Below are positions 16,546 through 25,916 of a DNA stretch of 64,000 nucleotides, one piece after another. Position numbers and translations under genes: made by a program. Under the pieces are notes generated by a model. It worked only from the letters and a program-made list of their open reading frames with translations. It was not told the origin of the DNA and did no database searches. This DNA is from a virus, in IMG/VR virus record IMGVR_UViG_3300045988_160394, positions 1 through 64,000 of that record; one strand, 5' to 3'. Numbering within the stretch: position 1 is the first letter of the stretch; each line of letters starts with the position of its first letter.

Positions 16546-18720
16546 ATGAAACAAGAATTATTATTTGTAGAAGATTTAAGCAAAGTAAAACCTTTTTGGA
16601 ACGATTCAAACGATTTTACTCATACTTGTATTGATATTGGACAATTTACTCGTGGTAGAAGACGTAGTAAAGTATGTCTTAAAAATATAAAACCTGAAGT
16701 AAGATTAATAAATGAAAAAAACGATCCGTTTGCTAATTCAACAACAGATGAATATTATACTAAAGAAGATTTTGTTTTTTATCATAATTCTAAAAAGGTA
16801 ACTCCTTTAACAAAAGAAAGAGAGTTTACCGTTAACGCACAAATAGGGTTGAATGAAGTTTTATATATAAAATCATTAGACACTATAGATGATGAGCAAG
16901 AATATAAAGATGATACTATGTTTGAATTTATTACTTATAATATAATGGACAAGACTATTAAAAATTTTTATATAGTTAATTCAGGAGATTTATTATATGT
17001 AGAATTAGAAAATGATTTTAAATATTATTTAGATAAAATATCTAATTCAATAGAAGAAAAGAAAATGGATATGGATGAAATTCTTTCTAAAGATGAATTT
17101 ATATTTGTAACTGCAAAAATAACTAGAATTAGTTTTTATTGTCCAGAATGTAACACTAGAATGTTCTGCAAACAAAATACTTGTAAAGATGTAGCCAAAG
17201 TATTAACTAGTGCTACTGTTTTTGATGATGATGATAAGATTTCATTATCTTTAACTTTCTTAGAAAAAGATGTTAGATTTAAAGTTGTATGGATGAGAAG
17301 TTATAGAAAAAAATTTGTATTTAATAAAAATACTTTAATGACTTATATGATTTCAGGGTTAGGAGAAAAAGGTAATAAAGCTTTATTGAGTAAAAATAAA
17401 AGTGGAGCTGTAATAGTTAGAGTTAAAAGCCACGAAAAATTCTTTTCACTTGGTAATATAGGTGGAACTAGAGCTAAAGACCATTACTTAAATGCTCTTG
17501 TTTCATTTTTAGAATATAGAGACAATTATTTAAAAGATCTTTTAGGTAAAGAATATGAATATGCTGCAAAAGATATTAAAGTTATGGAAGATAATTTCTA
17601 TATTGAAGAGGAAGAAGAATTAGCTAGTTGGTATGCTTCTAACTTAGAGGAAAGAAAAAAGATTGTAAAATATAATACTGTTTATAATCATTTAACAGAT
17701 AAAAAAAGATATGGATTTAATAATTTCTATATGGAAAGTTTAATAGAAGCAGTTAAACTAATAAGACCTTCTTTAATGAAAAATATAAGAGGTAAATCAG
17801 AAAAAGAAATATTAAAATTCTTTAAATTAAGAAAAAAGGATTTAAAATATTTTGTAGGATGGAATAAGAACTATACTGACCATACAACTGGTAATAGTCT
17901 CGTAAAAGCTAAAATTAATGAAATATATTTAAAAGTATTTGATTTAATAGATGATATAAACTTTTGTCAAAGATTATTTAAATCATTAATTATTGATGAT
18001 ATTGATAAAAAGTTTTATATTTCTTATTATAAAATGAATATTCCAATAAGACTTTTAAAGATTCTTAGAAGAAATATGTCAGAGAAAAGATTTGTTAGAT
18101 TTATAGAAAAATCAGCTGATCAAAACAATTGGTATTGGCAAGATGCATATAGCGATTATTCTAGATTAGGCAAAGCTAAAAAGAAGGTTGATTTTTCAAA
18201 GATGGATAACATAATTCAATTACATGATTTATGTTCTAGTCTTTATAGAAAAATAAGACATGAAAATAAAGTAATACCTGAAGAAAAAGCTTTAAAAGAT
18301 ATATTCGATAAGAGTTATGTATTCAATAATGAAATAACATATTCATTAGCTAAGGATACGCATGAATTAATAGATGTAGGTGCATTTATGAATATATGTG
18401 TAGGAGGATATGATTATAGAGTGATGAATAAAGAATCATTTATAGTAGTTGGATATGACAACGAACATAATCCTGTTACTTGTATAGAAATAAATCCAAT
18501 GGAAAACGACTTTTTCGCTAAATATAAAGTTAATCAAGTAAAGAAAAAGTATAATTCTCATGCATCTTTTGAAGAACAAAAGTTTTTAATAGAAGAAGTA
18601 TTTATTAAAAATAATATTATAGCAACTGAAATGTATGATTTTCGTGAATATTATAATAATGATGATAATGTTAAATCAACAGAAACAGTTAATAGAGCAG
18701 TAGAAATAGATTTTGTATAA
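16546..18720 (+). CDS. large protein with C-terminal PcfJ-like domain
   Basis: C-terminal ..FMNICVGGYDYRVMNKESFIVVGYD..VTCIEIN resembles the PcfJ signature and the C-terminus of ORF 38231-39718; internal CPEC zinc ribbon. Confidence 0.6.
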   Translation: MKQELLFVEDLSKVKPFWNDSNDFTHTCIDIGQFTRGRRRSKVCLKNIKPEVRLINEKNDPFANSTTDEYYTKEDFVFYHNSKKVTPLTKEREFTVNAQIGLNEVLYIKSLDTIDDEQEYKDDTMFEFITYNIMDKTIKNFYIVNSGDLLYVELENDFKYYLDKISNSIEEKKMDMDEILSKDEFIFVTAKITRISFYCPECNTRMFCKQNTCKDVAKVLTSATVFDDDDKISLSLTFLEKDVRFKVVWMRSYRKKFVFNKNTLMTYMISGLGEKGNKALLSKNKSGAVIVRVKSHEKFFSLGNIGGTRAKDHYLNALVSFLEYRDNYLKDLLGKEYEYAAKDIKVMEDNFYIEEEEELASWYASNLEERKKIVKYNTVYNHLTDKKRYGFNNFYMESLIEAVKLIRPSLMKNIRGKSEKEILKFFKLRKKDLKYFVGWNKNYTDHTTGNSLVKAKINEIYLKVFDLIDDINFCQRLFKSLIIDDIDKKFYISYYKMNIPIRLLKILRRNMSEKRFVRFIEKSADQNNWYWQDAYSDYSRLGKAKKKVDFSKMDNIIQLHDLCSSLYRKIRHENKVIPEEKALKDIFDKSYVFNNEITYSLAKDTHELIDVGAFMNICVGGYDYRVMNKESFIVVGYDNEHNPVTCIEINPMENDFFAKYKVNQVKKKYNSHASFEEQKFLIEEVFIKNNIIATEMYDFREYYNNDDNVKSTETVNRAVEIDFV

Positions 18721-18732
18721 AGAGGTGATAAT

Positions 18733-19137
18733 ATGTTGAGCAATGATAAGAATTTTGACATTTGTGATATTATCGATGTTGTAGAAGAAGAGATGAATAA
18801 ACCTTTTGAATTGCCTTATTCTTTAACTAATTTTTTAGGAGAAAATACAAGTTTAATAACAAGAACAGTTTTAGATAAAAAAGTATTAGTCGTAAAAATT
18901 GGAATAAGAAGTTGGTTAGGATTAGCTTATGATTTAGTGATAGAACTAGATCATTTCCCTGACATATCAGAAAAAGATTTGGAATACAGAGAAAAATTAA
19001 GAGATGCTTTTGAAGAAAAAAATACTAATAAAGCAAAAGATTTATTAGCTAATGAAAATTGGTGTATAGATAGTAATAATGAAATAGCTGTTAAGTTTGA
19101 TAAAAGTGTACAAGTTCTAAATCATTTTATTTATTAA
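18733..19137 (+). CDS. hypothetical protein (134 aa)
   Basis: AGAGGTG RBS; no motif. Confidence 0.55.
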   Translation: MLSNDKNFDICDIIDVVEEEMNKPFELPYSLTNFLGENTSLITRTVLDKKVLVVKIGIRSWLGLAYDLVIELDHFPDISEKDLEYREKLRDAFEEKNTNKAKDLLANENWCIDSNNEIAVKFDKSVQVLNHFIY

Positions 19138-19155
19138 TATAGTAAAATAATAAGG

Positions 19156-19190
19156 ACAAGCATCATATAAAGTGGTGCTTGTTTTTTTAT
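19156..19190 (+). terminator. Rho-independent terminator
   Basis: ACAAGCATCA / TGGTGCTTGT stem (one G-U pair), 7-nt loop, TTTTTTTAT tail. Confidence 0.7.
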
Positions 19191-19207
19191 AAGTGGAGGG
19201 GTTTATT

Positions 19208-19447
19208 GTGAAGAAAATAAGAATAGATAAATGTAAAAGATTTTTAAGACTAGAAATAGGCGGTGGAAGATATTATGTTATTACAACAGTTTTAGATTAT
19301 ACAGACTTAAATACTAACAAACATTTTACTAAAAGATACTCTAAAAAATATAAAAGTAAATCAAGAGCTTATAGAGCTTTTGAAAATAGAAAAACATCTT
19401 TTTTAAATAAAGAGGTTATTAGATTACATTTAGAAGAATTATTTTAA
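19208..19447 (+). CDS. basic hypothetical protein
   Basis: GTG 19208 follows GGAGGGG by about 7 nt (ORF-track GTG at 19193 overlaps the RBS). Confidence 0.45.
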   Translation: MKKIRIDKCKRFLRLEIGGGRYYVITTVLDYTDLNTNKHFTKRYSKKYKSKSRAYRAFENRKTSFLNKEVIRLHLEELF

Positions 19448-19459
19448 AGGAGAATACAT

Positions 19460-20224
19460 ATGAAAAATAAAACAATCAAATTATTATTAGCAACTACAAT
19501 AGCAGGAACTATATTATATACAGCTACTAATGTTAGAGCTGGTAATAAAGAAATTGTTGAGGATAATAATCCTGAAATAGAACAAGTTGAAATAAGTGAA
19601 ATAGAAGATAACTCTATAAAACAATATGAACAACAAGAGTTTAAAAAAGAGCAAATAAGAATAAATAATATTGTAAAATTAAAAGCCATTCAAGATGAAA
19701 ATGATAGGAAAGAAAATGTTGCATATCATTATAGTAATGTTACAATTAAATCAGGAATAACAGCAGAAGAACTAAAAGAATGTATTGACACATATAATCC
19801 CAATAATAATATTTCTGGGTTAACAGAAACTTTAATAGAAGCTGAACAAAAATATAATATTAATGCATTCTTTTTAACAGCTATCATAGCTCATGAGAGT
19901 ACATGGGGTAAATCTAATAGAGCTGTTAACCAAAATAACTTAGGCGGAGTAGAAGTATATAGCCCTACTTCAGAAGGTAAGACATATAACAGTAAAGAGA
20001 ATTCAGTTTTAGGGATTGCTAATTTTCTTAGAAGAGATTATTTAAATACAGATGGCAAGTATTATAATGGATTATCAACATCAGATGTAAATACAGCTTA
20101 TTGTTTAAAAGCTGATAAAAAAACAACTGATTATCATTGGACAGAATCTATAAATAATATAGCAAATGGATTAGAAAGTTGTTATCATGATAAAGTTAAA
20201 AAGTTAGTAAAAGGAGATGAATAA
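19460..20224 (+). CDS. secreted peptidoglycan hydrolase, mannosyl-glycoprotein endo-beta-N-acetylglucosaminidase (LYZ2) domain
   Basis: Signal-peptide-like N-terminus MKNKTIKLLLATTIAGTILYTATNVRA; NINAFFLTAIIAHESTWGKSNRAVNQNNLGG matches the glucosaminidase core. Confidence 0.7.
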   Translation: MKNKTIKLLLATTIAGTILYTATNVRAGNKEIVEDNNPEIEQVEISEIEDNSIKQYEQQEFKKEQIRINNIVKLKAIQDENDRKENVAYHYSNVTIKSGITAEELKECIDTYNPNNNISGLTETLIEAEQKYNINAFFLTAIIAHESTWGKSNRAVNQNNLGGVEVYSPTSEGKTYNSKENSVLGIANFLRRDYLNTDGKYYNGLSTSDVNTAYCLKADKKTTDYHWTESINNIANGLESCYHDKVKKLVKGDE

Positions 20225-20225
20225 T

Positions 20226-20444
20226 ATGATGATGCATAAAGATTGCCCTTTATGTGGTAAACAAGCTTATGCTGAAGGAGTAGATATAGGAGTAGGAATT
20301 GTTTATCCTCCACTATATTGTCCTTTTTGCGGATGGTCTAGTAATGAAGAAGATTGTCCTAATTCAAAAAATATAGAATATTGTAAAAGTTGTACAGAAT
20401 ATGAAAAATGTTTTGATCCTAGACAAAATAAAGGAGAGAATTAA
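20226..20444 (+). CDS. Cys-rich zinc-binding small protein
   Basis: ATG 20226 has better spacing from GGAG than 20217; CPLCG ... CPFCG ... CKSC. Confidence 0.5.
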   Translation: MMMHKDCPLCGKQAYAEGVDIGVGIVYPPLYCPFCGWSSNEEDCPNSKNIEYCKSCTEYEKCFDPRQNKGEN

Positions 20445-20446
20445 AG

Positions 20447-20941
20447 ATGAAAGAGACAAGAATAATTGGAGTAGATAGATTAAAAAGTGATTTATTTGAT
20501 AAAGTAAAGGAAAGAAAAATAATAGAAAACTATATTGAAGGTGAATGGACAGAAAGAGCTGTTCAGAATGTAAAGAATATGACTGAAATGCATTTTGGAG
20601 AGTTAGAACCTTTAGATATAGATCAATCTGAAAGAGAAAATATATTAAATTCATTTTCTACTGATGAATTAATATATGGTTTTGCACCTATAGATGAATT
20701 TGGAGAAGAAGTTATTTTTGGTATAAAACAAATATGGCCTTGGGAAAAGATTGGAACAGTTACTTTTGAAGAAGCTATAGAAAGATTATATAAATTCTTA
20801 AAACCTGTATTAAAAGAAGAAGTGACTTTAAATCAATTAAAAGCTGAATGTTATGAACATTGCGTATCAGAAGATGAATATGGAGCTATAACATATTATA
20901 AAGATAATATAAAGTGGGGTAAAGAATTATGGAAGAGCTAA
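20447..20941 (+). CDS. hypothetical protein (164 aa)
   Basis: GGAGAG RBS; no motif. Confidence 0.55.
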   Translation: MKETRIIGVDRLKSDLFDKVKERKIIENYIEGEWTERAVQNVKNMTEMHFGELEPLDIDQSERENILNSFSTDELIYGFAPIDEFGEEVIFGIKQIWPWEKIGTVTFEEAIERLYKFLKPVLKEEVTLNQLKAECYEHCVSEDEYGAITYYKDNIKWGKELWKS

Positions 20942-21234
20942 TTACTAAAAAAGAAGAAGGATATTTACATTTAGTAAATGATTTAACTAAAGAGTTGGAT
21001 ACTTATCTTGATTTTAGTCAAAAATACGATCTTAATAACTATATATACGAACATCCATTTAATAATAGTTGGCCTATTAGATATCCAGGAGCAACTAGAG
21101 GTGGAATTAAAGTAGATGAAAATAATATTATAACAGATATAGTATTGTATAAAGATTCAGATGATATCTATAAAGAAAATGTTAGAGATATATTAGAAAA
21201 ATATATAGGAATGAAACTAGTAGTTATAAAATAA
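20929..21234 (+). CDS. hypothetical protein (101 aa)
   Basis: Overlaps the upstream 3' end by 13 nt; no motif. Confidence 0.5.
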   Translation: MEELITKKEEGYLHLVNDLTKELDTYLDFSQKYDLNNYIYEHPFNNSWPIRYPGATRGGIKVDENNIITDIVLYKDSDDIYKENVRDILEKYIGMKLVVIK

Positions 21235-21245
21235 TGGAGGGTTAT

Positions 21246-21788
21246 ATGTGTAAATATATAGAATATAATGATTTAAAAGCTATTGATAAGCTATCTACTA
21301 AACTGGTAGATAGCTTTGATAATAATACAATTATAATATGTATAGGAACTGATAAGCATATAGGAGATTGTTTAGGACCATTAGTTGGGACTATATTAAA
21401 AGAAAAGAATTTTCCTATTAATGTATTTGGTACATTAAAACAACCTATTCATGCACTTAATATAAATAAAAAATACAAAGAAATTATAAAGAATTATCCA
21501 GATTATAAAGTTATAGCTATAGATGCTTGTTTAGGTGAAGATAAAAATATAGGGAATATATTTGTTAAGGAAAATGGTATATCCCCTGGTAAAGGAGTAG
21601 GTAAGGAATTACCTCATGTAAAAGGATTAGGAATAGCAGGTATAATAGATAGTTCAGATAATTCTGAATCATTTATTACTAAACCAATAAGGTTAAGTTT
21701 TATTAAAGATATGGCAGAAGTTATAGCCAATTCTTTAATAAAAGCATATGAGATAAAAAATAAAAAAGAATTGATTTTATGCGAATAA
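21246..21788 (+). CDS. yyaC: YyaC-like putative sporulation protease (DUF1256, GPR-related)
   Basis: IIICIGTDKHIGDCLGPLVGT...FGTL..PIHA.N....VIAIDACLG...IG.I......I.PG.GV.K.LP.V is the YyaC family pattern; GGAGG RBS before ATG 21246. Confidence 0.7.
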   Translation: MCKYIEYNDLKAIDKLSTKLVDSFDNNTIIICIGTDKHIGDCLGPLVGTILKEKNFPINVFGTLKQPIHALNINKKYKEIIKNYPDYKVIAIDACLGEDKNIGNIFVKENGISPGKGVGKELPHVKGLGIAGIIDSSDNSESFITKPIRLSFIKDMAEVIANSLIKAYEIKNKKELILCE

Positions 21789-21800
21789 AGGAGTAACAAA

Positions 21801-21905
21801 ATGAATTTAATAGAAAGAATATGGTTGTTTAAAGAAGTTATTATACCTTTAATAATATTTATAGGATTTTTAATATATTTGGGCGTTTTATATATAAAAG
21901 ATTAA
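21801..21905 (+). CDS. small membrane protein (34 aa)
   Basis: AAGGAG RBS; one TM helix. Confidence 0.35.
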   Translation: MNLIERIWLFKEVIIPLIIFIGFLIYLGVLYIKD

Positions 21906-21916
21906 GGAGTAGAAAT

Positions 21917-22081
21917 ATGTTGTTTAAAGATATATGTTTCTGTGATAATAAAGAATGTAAAAAACGTAAGAAATGTGGAAGAGCTTTAGAAAATTATTCT
22001 GACGAAGAGAAGAAAGATAGATTATTTTCTATGGCTATTTTTAATTGTGAAGAAAATAATATGTTTATAAAAAGGAGATAG
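21917..22081 (+). CDS. Cys-containing small protein (54 aa)
   Basis: AAGGAG RBS; fills an ORF-track gap. Confidence 0.35.
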   Translation: MLFKDICFCDNKECKKRKKCGRALENYSDEEKKDRLFSMAIFNCEENNMFIKRR

Positions 22082-22086
22082 TTATT

Positions 22087-22428
22087 ATGCATGATTTATA
22101 TATAATGTTAGTAGATAGAGAATATAACAAAAAAGAAAAGAAAAAAGATGTTTTGTATTTTATAACTGAACCTATAAAAAAGAATACAGATCTAGGAAGT
22201 AAAGATACTTATTATAGTATTAGACCTCATTCTAAAAATGGAGAATTGTTTAATGTAGGTGGATATGTTAGAATATGCAAAAAAGAAGATGAGCAAAAAG
22301 TTAAACAAGAAATGCTTAATGCTTATGCTAAAGAATTAAAAAAGGAAAAAGAAGAGGTTTTAAATAAAGTTCGTAGAGTTATAAGATTTTCAACAAAAGA
22401 AAACTTCAATTTAAATGTTACGTTATAA
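22087..22428 (+). CDS. hypothetical protein, paralog family C
   Basis: LYIMLVDREYNKK...VLYFITEP parallels MKKLQVMLVDKEYHKN..VLYFVVNE in 22700-23032; both have a K/E-rich C-terminus. Confidence 0.55.
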   Translation: MHDLYIMLVDREYNKKEKKKDVLYFITEPIKKNTDLGSKDTYYSIRPHSKNGELFNVGGYVRICKKEDEQKVKQEMLNAYAKELKKEKEEVLNKVRRVIRFSTKENFNLNVTL

Positions 22429-22446
22429 GATTTAGGAGGATTACAT

Positions 22447-22686
22447 ATGAAGTTAAATTGTAATAAACCATGGCATGTTAAGATTAATAAAAGTGCTGGT
22501 TTAGCAAAAATAAGAAAGTTAAAGAATATGTGTAGTTTAAGATATGTAGAAGAAAACTCACACTATTCTGTTTATGAAGTATGGAGAAGTTTAGATATAT
22601 GTTTACCTTTAATATTAGAAATGTTTAAAGATAGAGAAATATCTTTAATTAATCTTGAAGAAGCTTTTATAATATATGTTTGGTAA
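22447..22686 (+). CDS. hypothetical protein (79 aa)
   Basis: TAGGAGGA RBS; no motif. Confidence 0.5.
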   Translation: MKLNCNKPWHVKINKSAGLAKIRKLKNMCSLRYVEENSHYSVYEVWRSLDICLPLILEMFKDREISLINLEEAFIIYVW

Positions 22687-22699
22687 TAAGGAGTTAGAT

Positions 22700-23032
22700 A
22701 TGAAAAAATTGCAGGTTATGTTAGTAGATAAAGAATATCATAAGAATAAAGTTAAACATGTTTTATATTTTGTTGTTAATGAAATTGAAGAAGATGATAA
22801 CAGAAGAACAGGTATATATCTACATGATATCGTATCAATAAAAGAAGAAGATTCAAATAATTATTATAACTTATCTGGATTAAATACAATATGTTATAAA
22901 AAAGATATAGAAGAAGTAAAAAAGAAAATGATAACAAAGCATCTTGAAGAATTAGAGGAAGAAAAAGAAAGATATGATAAAAGAGTTATATTAACAATAA
23001 ATTTAATCAATGAAGAAAATTATAACATATAA
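22700..23032 (+). CDS. hypothetical protein, paralog family C
   Basis: ATG 22700 after TAAGGAG (ORF-track start 22676); paralog of 22087-22428. Confidence 0.55.
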   Translation: MKKLQVMLVDKEYHKNKVKHVLYFVVNEIEEDDNRRTGIYLHDIVSIKEEDSNNYYNLSGLNTICYKKDIEEVKKKMITKHLEELEEEKERYDKRVILTINLINEENYNI

Positions 23033-23052
23033 AACGATAAGGAGAGTAGATA

Positions 23053-23214
23053 ATGAAAGATCATAAAACTTGGTTTAAAAGCCTATCTCAAACTAAAGAA
23101 GGTATAAGAATGATGGCAGAAAATATTGATTATGCTCATGAAGAATATTTGTTAACAGCTGCTTTTCATTATCTTGAAGAATACGAAAAGCTATTAAATT
23201 CTAAGGAGAAATAA
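23053..23214 (+). CDS. hypothetical protein (53 aa)
   Basis: AAGGAGAG RBS; fills an ORF-track gap. Confidence 0.4.
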   Translation: MKDHKTWFKSLSQTKEGIRMMAENIDYAHEEYLLTAAFHYLEEYEKLLNSKEK

Positions 23215-23216
23215 TT

Positions 23217-23450
23217 ATGAAAATAGAAAGCTTTGAAAAATACGGATTAAGTAAAAAAGACTTTATTTTAGATGTATATCAATACAATAACTCTGAGAAT
23301 AAATTCAAAAGAGGAGTGCAAATATCCATACCTAAATATGGTATAAGTGTTAGGAGTGAATATAAGAAATCTCAAAAACAGAACCATGATAGATGTTTAA
23401 GAATGATAAAAATACTTCTTGAACATAATAGTAATCTTAATGAAATATGA
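23217..23450 (+). CDS. hypothetical protein (77 aa)
   Basis: AAGGAG RBS; ends TGA. Confidence 0.5.
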   Translation: MKIESFEKYGLSKKDFILDVYQYNNSENKFKRGVQISIPKYGISVRSEYKKSQKQNHDRCLRMIKILLEHNSNLNEI

Positions 23451-23463
23451 GAGGAGAATTGAT

Positions 23464-23748
23464 ATGAGAAGCAAAATACAATTTATTAATGATGAAATAA
23501 AAAGACTTGAAATTGAAAAAGAAAAAATTATAAAAGAAAGTGAAAAAATACTAAATAAAATAATATTAGAAGAAGTTAATTTCGGTTTATCAGATCCTAA
23601 TGACCCTAATCCTACTGCATATTTTCCTTGTGAATTTGTATGTATAGTCGATAGAGAAAATTATATAGTTAAAATATATGAACCTAGTATTGATACTTAT
23701 CATGTTGTAGATGTGACTTCTTTGCATATTGATGAATATATAGAATAG
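23464..23748 (+). CDS. hypothetical protein
   Basis: ATG 23464 after GAGAGGAG (ORF-track start 23419 lies inside the upstream gene). Confidence 0.5.
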   Translation: MRSKIQFINDEIKRLEIEKEKIIKESEKILNKIILEEVNFGLSDPNDPNPTAYFPCEFVCIVDRENYIVKIYEPSIDTYHVVDVTSLHIDEYIE

Positions 23749-23762
23749 GAGGTTTGATTACT

Positions 23763-23975
23763 ATGTTTGGTATGGAAATGGTAGAAAATACAATGCTTAC
23801 AAAAGGAAAAACTATTGCTAGAAAACATAAAAAGAAAAGAATCCAAAAGAAATGGTTGAAAAAGTATGGGTATAAAGATATTCCTGATCCTAAAGTTTAT
23901 GTCTTTGATGGAAAGATAATTGGACATCCAAAAACATTGAAAAAGATCGAAAAGGTTGCGAACAAAATGGTTTAA
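23763..23975 (+). CDS. basic small protein
   Basis: ATG 23763 is 9 nt after GGAGG; K/R-rich. Confidence 0.45.
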   Translation: MFGMEMVENTMLTKGKTIARKHKKKRIQKKWLKKYGYKDIPDPKVYVFDGKIIGHPKTLKKIEKVANKMV

Positions 23976-23990
23976 GAGAGGAATCTGAAT

Positions 23991-24269
23991 ATGAAAAAGA
24001 GAGCTATGAAAAAATATATACCAGAAGGTATTTATTGTTATGATAATAATAAAAGTTGTAAATGGTGGAAAAGATTATATACTAAAAGACTTGATAGAAC
24101 TAATTGTGAATTCGCAAAAACTTGCGAAGAAAAATGCTGGGAGCAACCAGATACACAATGCGAAATTATAGTATGTAAATGTGAATACCTTAACTATATA
24201 GATAGAGAACAAGACAGTTTATTATTCGATTCAGTTAAAGAATGTGGAGTTAAAAGAGGAGATTTTTAG
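23991..24269 (+). CDS. Cys-rich protein (92 aa)
   Basis: GAGAGGAA RBS; many Cys (CYDNNKSCKW..CEFAKTCEEKCW..CEIIVCKCE). Confidence 0.5.
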   Translation: MKKRAMKKYIPEGIYCYDNNKSCKWWKRLYTKRLDRTNCEFAKTCEEKCWEQPDTQCEIIVCKCEYLNYIDREQDSLLFDSVKECGVKRGDF

Positions 24270-24279
24270 GAGGATTTTT

Positions 24280-24669
24280 ATGGCTAAATTTGATATAGAT
24301 ATGAGAAATACTTTAATAGAAAGATTACAAGAAAAAAATGAAGAAATGAAAAATATGCAGAATAAATTTATAAATAATATAGATTATTCAAACAGTATTT
24401 TAATTGAATTCGAATTAAAAGATTTATGCGAAGAGATGTCAAAGATATTAAGAAATATAAGAATTTGCAATATAGAAGATCGTAGAGACGAATATATAAA
24501 ACAAATAATAAGAAGAAATTTCAATATTGAAGATATTGATACATTAGAATCAGTATTAAATAGAATACCTCTTGATATAAGAGTAAGAGGTAGATCAGAA
24601 AAGAATTGTAAAAGTAAAGAGTTTGAAGAAGATATTATATATTTTGTAAAAAGAGAAAAGTTAGTTTAG
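24280..24669 (+). CDS. hypothetical protein
   Basis: ATG 24280 after TAGGAGGA (ORF-track start 24244 overlaps the upstream gene). Confidence 0.5.
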   Translation: MAKFDIDMRNTLIERLQEKNEEMKNMQNKFINNIDYSNSILIEFELKDLCEEMSKILRNIRICNIEDRRDEYIKQIIRRNFNIEDIDTLESVLNRIPLDIRVRGRSEKNCKSKEFEEDIIYFVKREKLV

Positions 24670-24683
24670 GAGGTAACTTTATT

Positions 24684-24992
24684 ATGTCTAATTCATGGCC
24701 AGGTATACCTAAAAAGTATATATATGAAGCAAAAACAACTCATTGGTTCCCTGACGAATTAAAATGGTTTGATGATTTAAAAAGAATACAAGAGAAATTA
24801 AAAAGGCTATTAAATAAGAAAGAGAATAGTTTTATTTCTATAACAGGTTACTTATGTACAATTAATAATAATAAATATGTATATAAAGCTATTTATGTTG
24901 ATAAAGATACTCATGAAAAGGAAAATATAACTGTTTATTTATATAAAAGAGATCATGAATTATTACAGTCATGCCCATGGATGTTTAATTAA
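24684..24992 (+). CDS. hypothetical protein (102 aa)
   Basis: TAGGAGG RBS; no motif. Confidence 0.5.
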   Translation: MSNSWPGIPKKYIYEAKTTHWFPDELKWFDDLKRIQEKLKRLLNKKENSFISITGYLCTINNNKYVYKAIYVDKDTHEKENITVYLYKRDHELLQSCPWMFN

Positions 24993-25005
24993 GGAGGATA
25001 AATAT

Positions 25006-25083
25006 ATGAAAAGAATATTATTTGTGTCTATTGCAGGAAACTCTTATACTGTTGAATGTGATAAAATTATAGATATATATTAA
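25006..25083 (+). CDS. possible micro-ORF (25 aa)
   Basis: Strong AAGGAGGA RBS 7 nt upstream, but very short. Confidence 0.3.
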   Translation: MKRILFVSIAGNSYTVECDKIIDIY

Positions 25084-25092
25084 GAGGTTATT

Positions 25093-25497
25093 ATGGATAA
25101 TAAAGAATTTTTAAATGATTTTTATTATAAAAAATTAAAATTTTGTGGATGTGGATGCCCTTCTGACACTTTATTTATAGTTAGAAACATGTTAAATGTA
25201 GTAAAAATAAGAGGCGATAGATGGAGAGATTCAAAATGTAAATTAACAAATCAAGAAGTCTATGAAGAATATAAAAAGGGCATTAAAGAAGCTTTAAATT
25301 TAAAAGAAGAAGATGATTCTGTTATTTATAGTATAAATGAAGGAATCATAGAATCATTTTATAATGTATTAACTAATGTAGATGTATTAGAACATGGTAG
25401 CTCAATAGGAGGATCATGGTTAACTGATTATGGTAAAGAATTATTAGTACATCTTAATAGTTTATCTGATGATGATTTAAAAGATATTTTAGATTAA
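25093..25497 (+). CDS. hypothetical protein (134 aa)
   Basis: AAGAGG RBS; FCGCGCP motif; no family recognised. Confidence 0.55.
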   Translation: MDNKEFLNDFYYKKLKFCGCGCPSDTLFIVRNMLNVVKIRGDRWRDSKCKLTNQEVYEEYKKGIKEALNLKEEDDSVIYSINEGIIESFYNVLTNVDVLEHGSSIGGSWLTDYGKELLVHLNSLSDDDLKDILD

Positions 25498-25510
25498 AGG
25501 AGCTGTTATT

Positions 25511-25822
25511 ATGATGGATATGTATGCAGAACAAGGACATAAAGTTATATTTACTGGACAAGGAGGAAGAGATTCTGATAAAGAATTTGCTAATAAATAC
25601 TTAAAAGTAGGAGAAGTATATACTGTTAAAACAACTAAAGTATTTGATTGGATTTCTTTTGTTGTTTTAGAAGAACTTCCTTTTAAAGATTTCAATACAG
25701 TAATGTTTGAAGATTTAGAAGATGATGATACTTTTTATTATAATGAAATAGACGATGTAGAAGTAAAATGTCCAGAATGTTATAATATGTGCGATATTCC
25801 TGAAGTTTATAAGAGAGATTAA
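25511..25822 (+). CDS. hypothetical protein (103 aa)
   Basis: AAGGAG RBS; C-terminal CPEC..C. Confidence 0.5.
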   Translation: MMDMYAEQGHKVIFTGQGGRDSDKEFANKYLKVGEVYTVKTTKVFDWISFVVLEELPFKDFNTVMFEDLEDDDTFYYNEIDDVEVKCPECYNMCDIPEVYKRD

Positions 25823-25916
25823 ATAATGGATAATAAGGATAGATATTTTTATTGGTTATTCTGGTATTATGCATTAATATTCTTTTTTATATATAATTAA
25901 AGAAGGAGGAATTATT

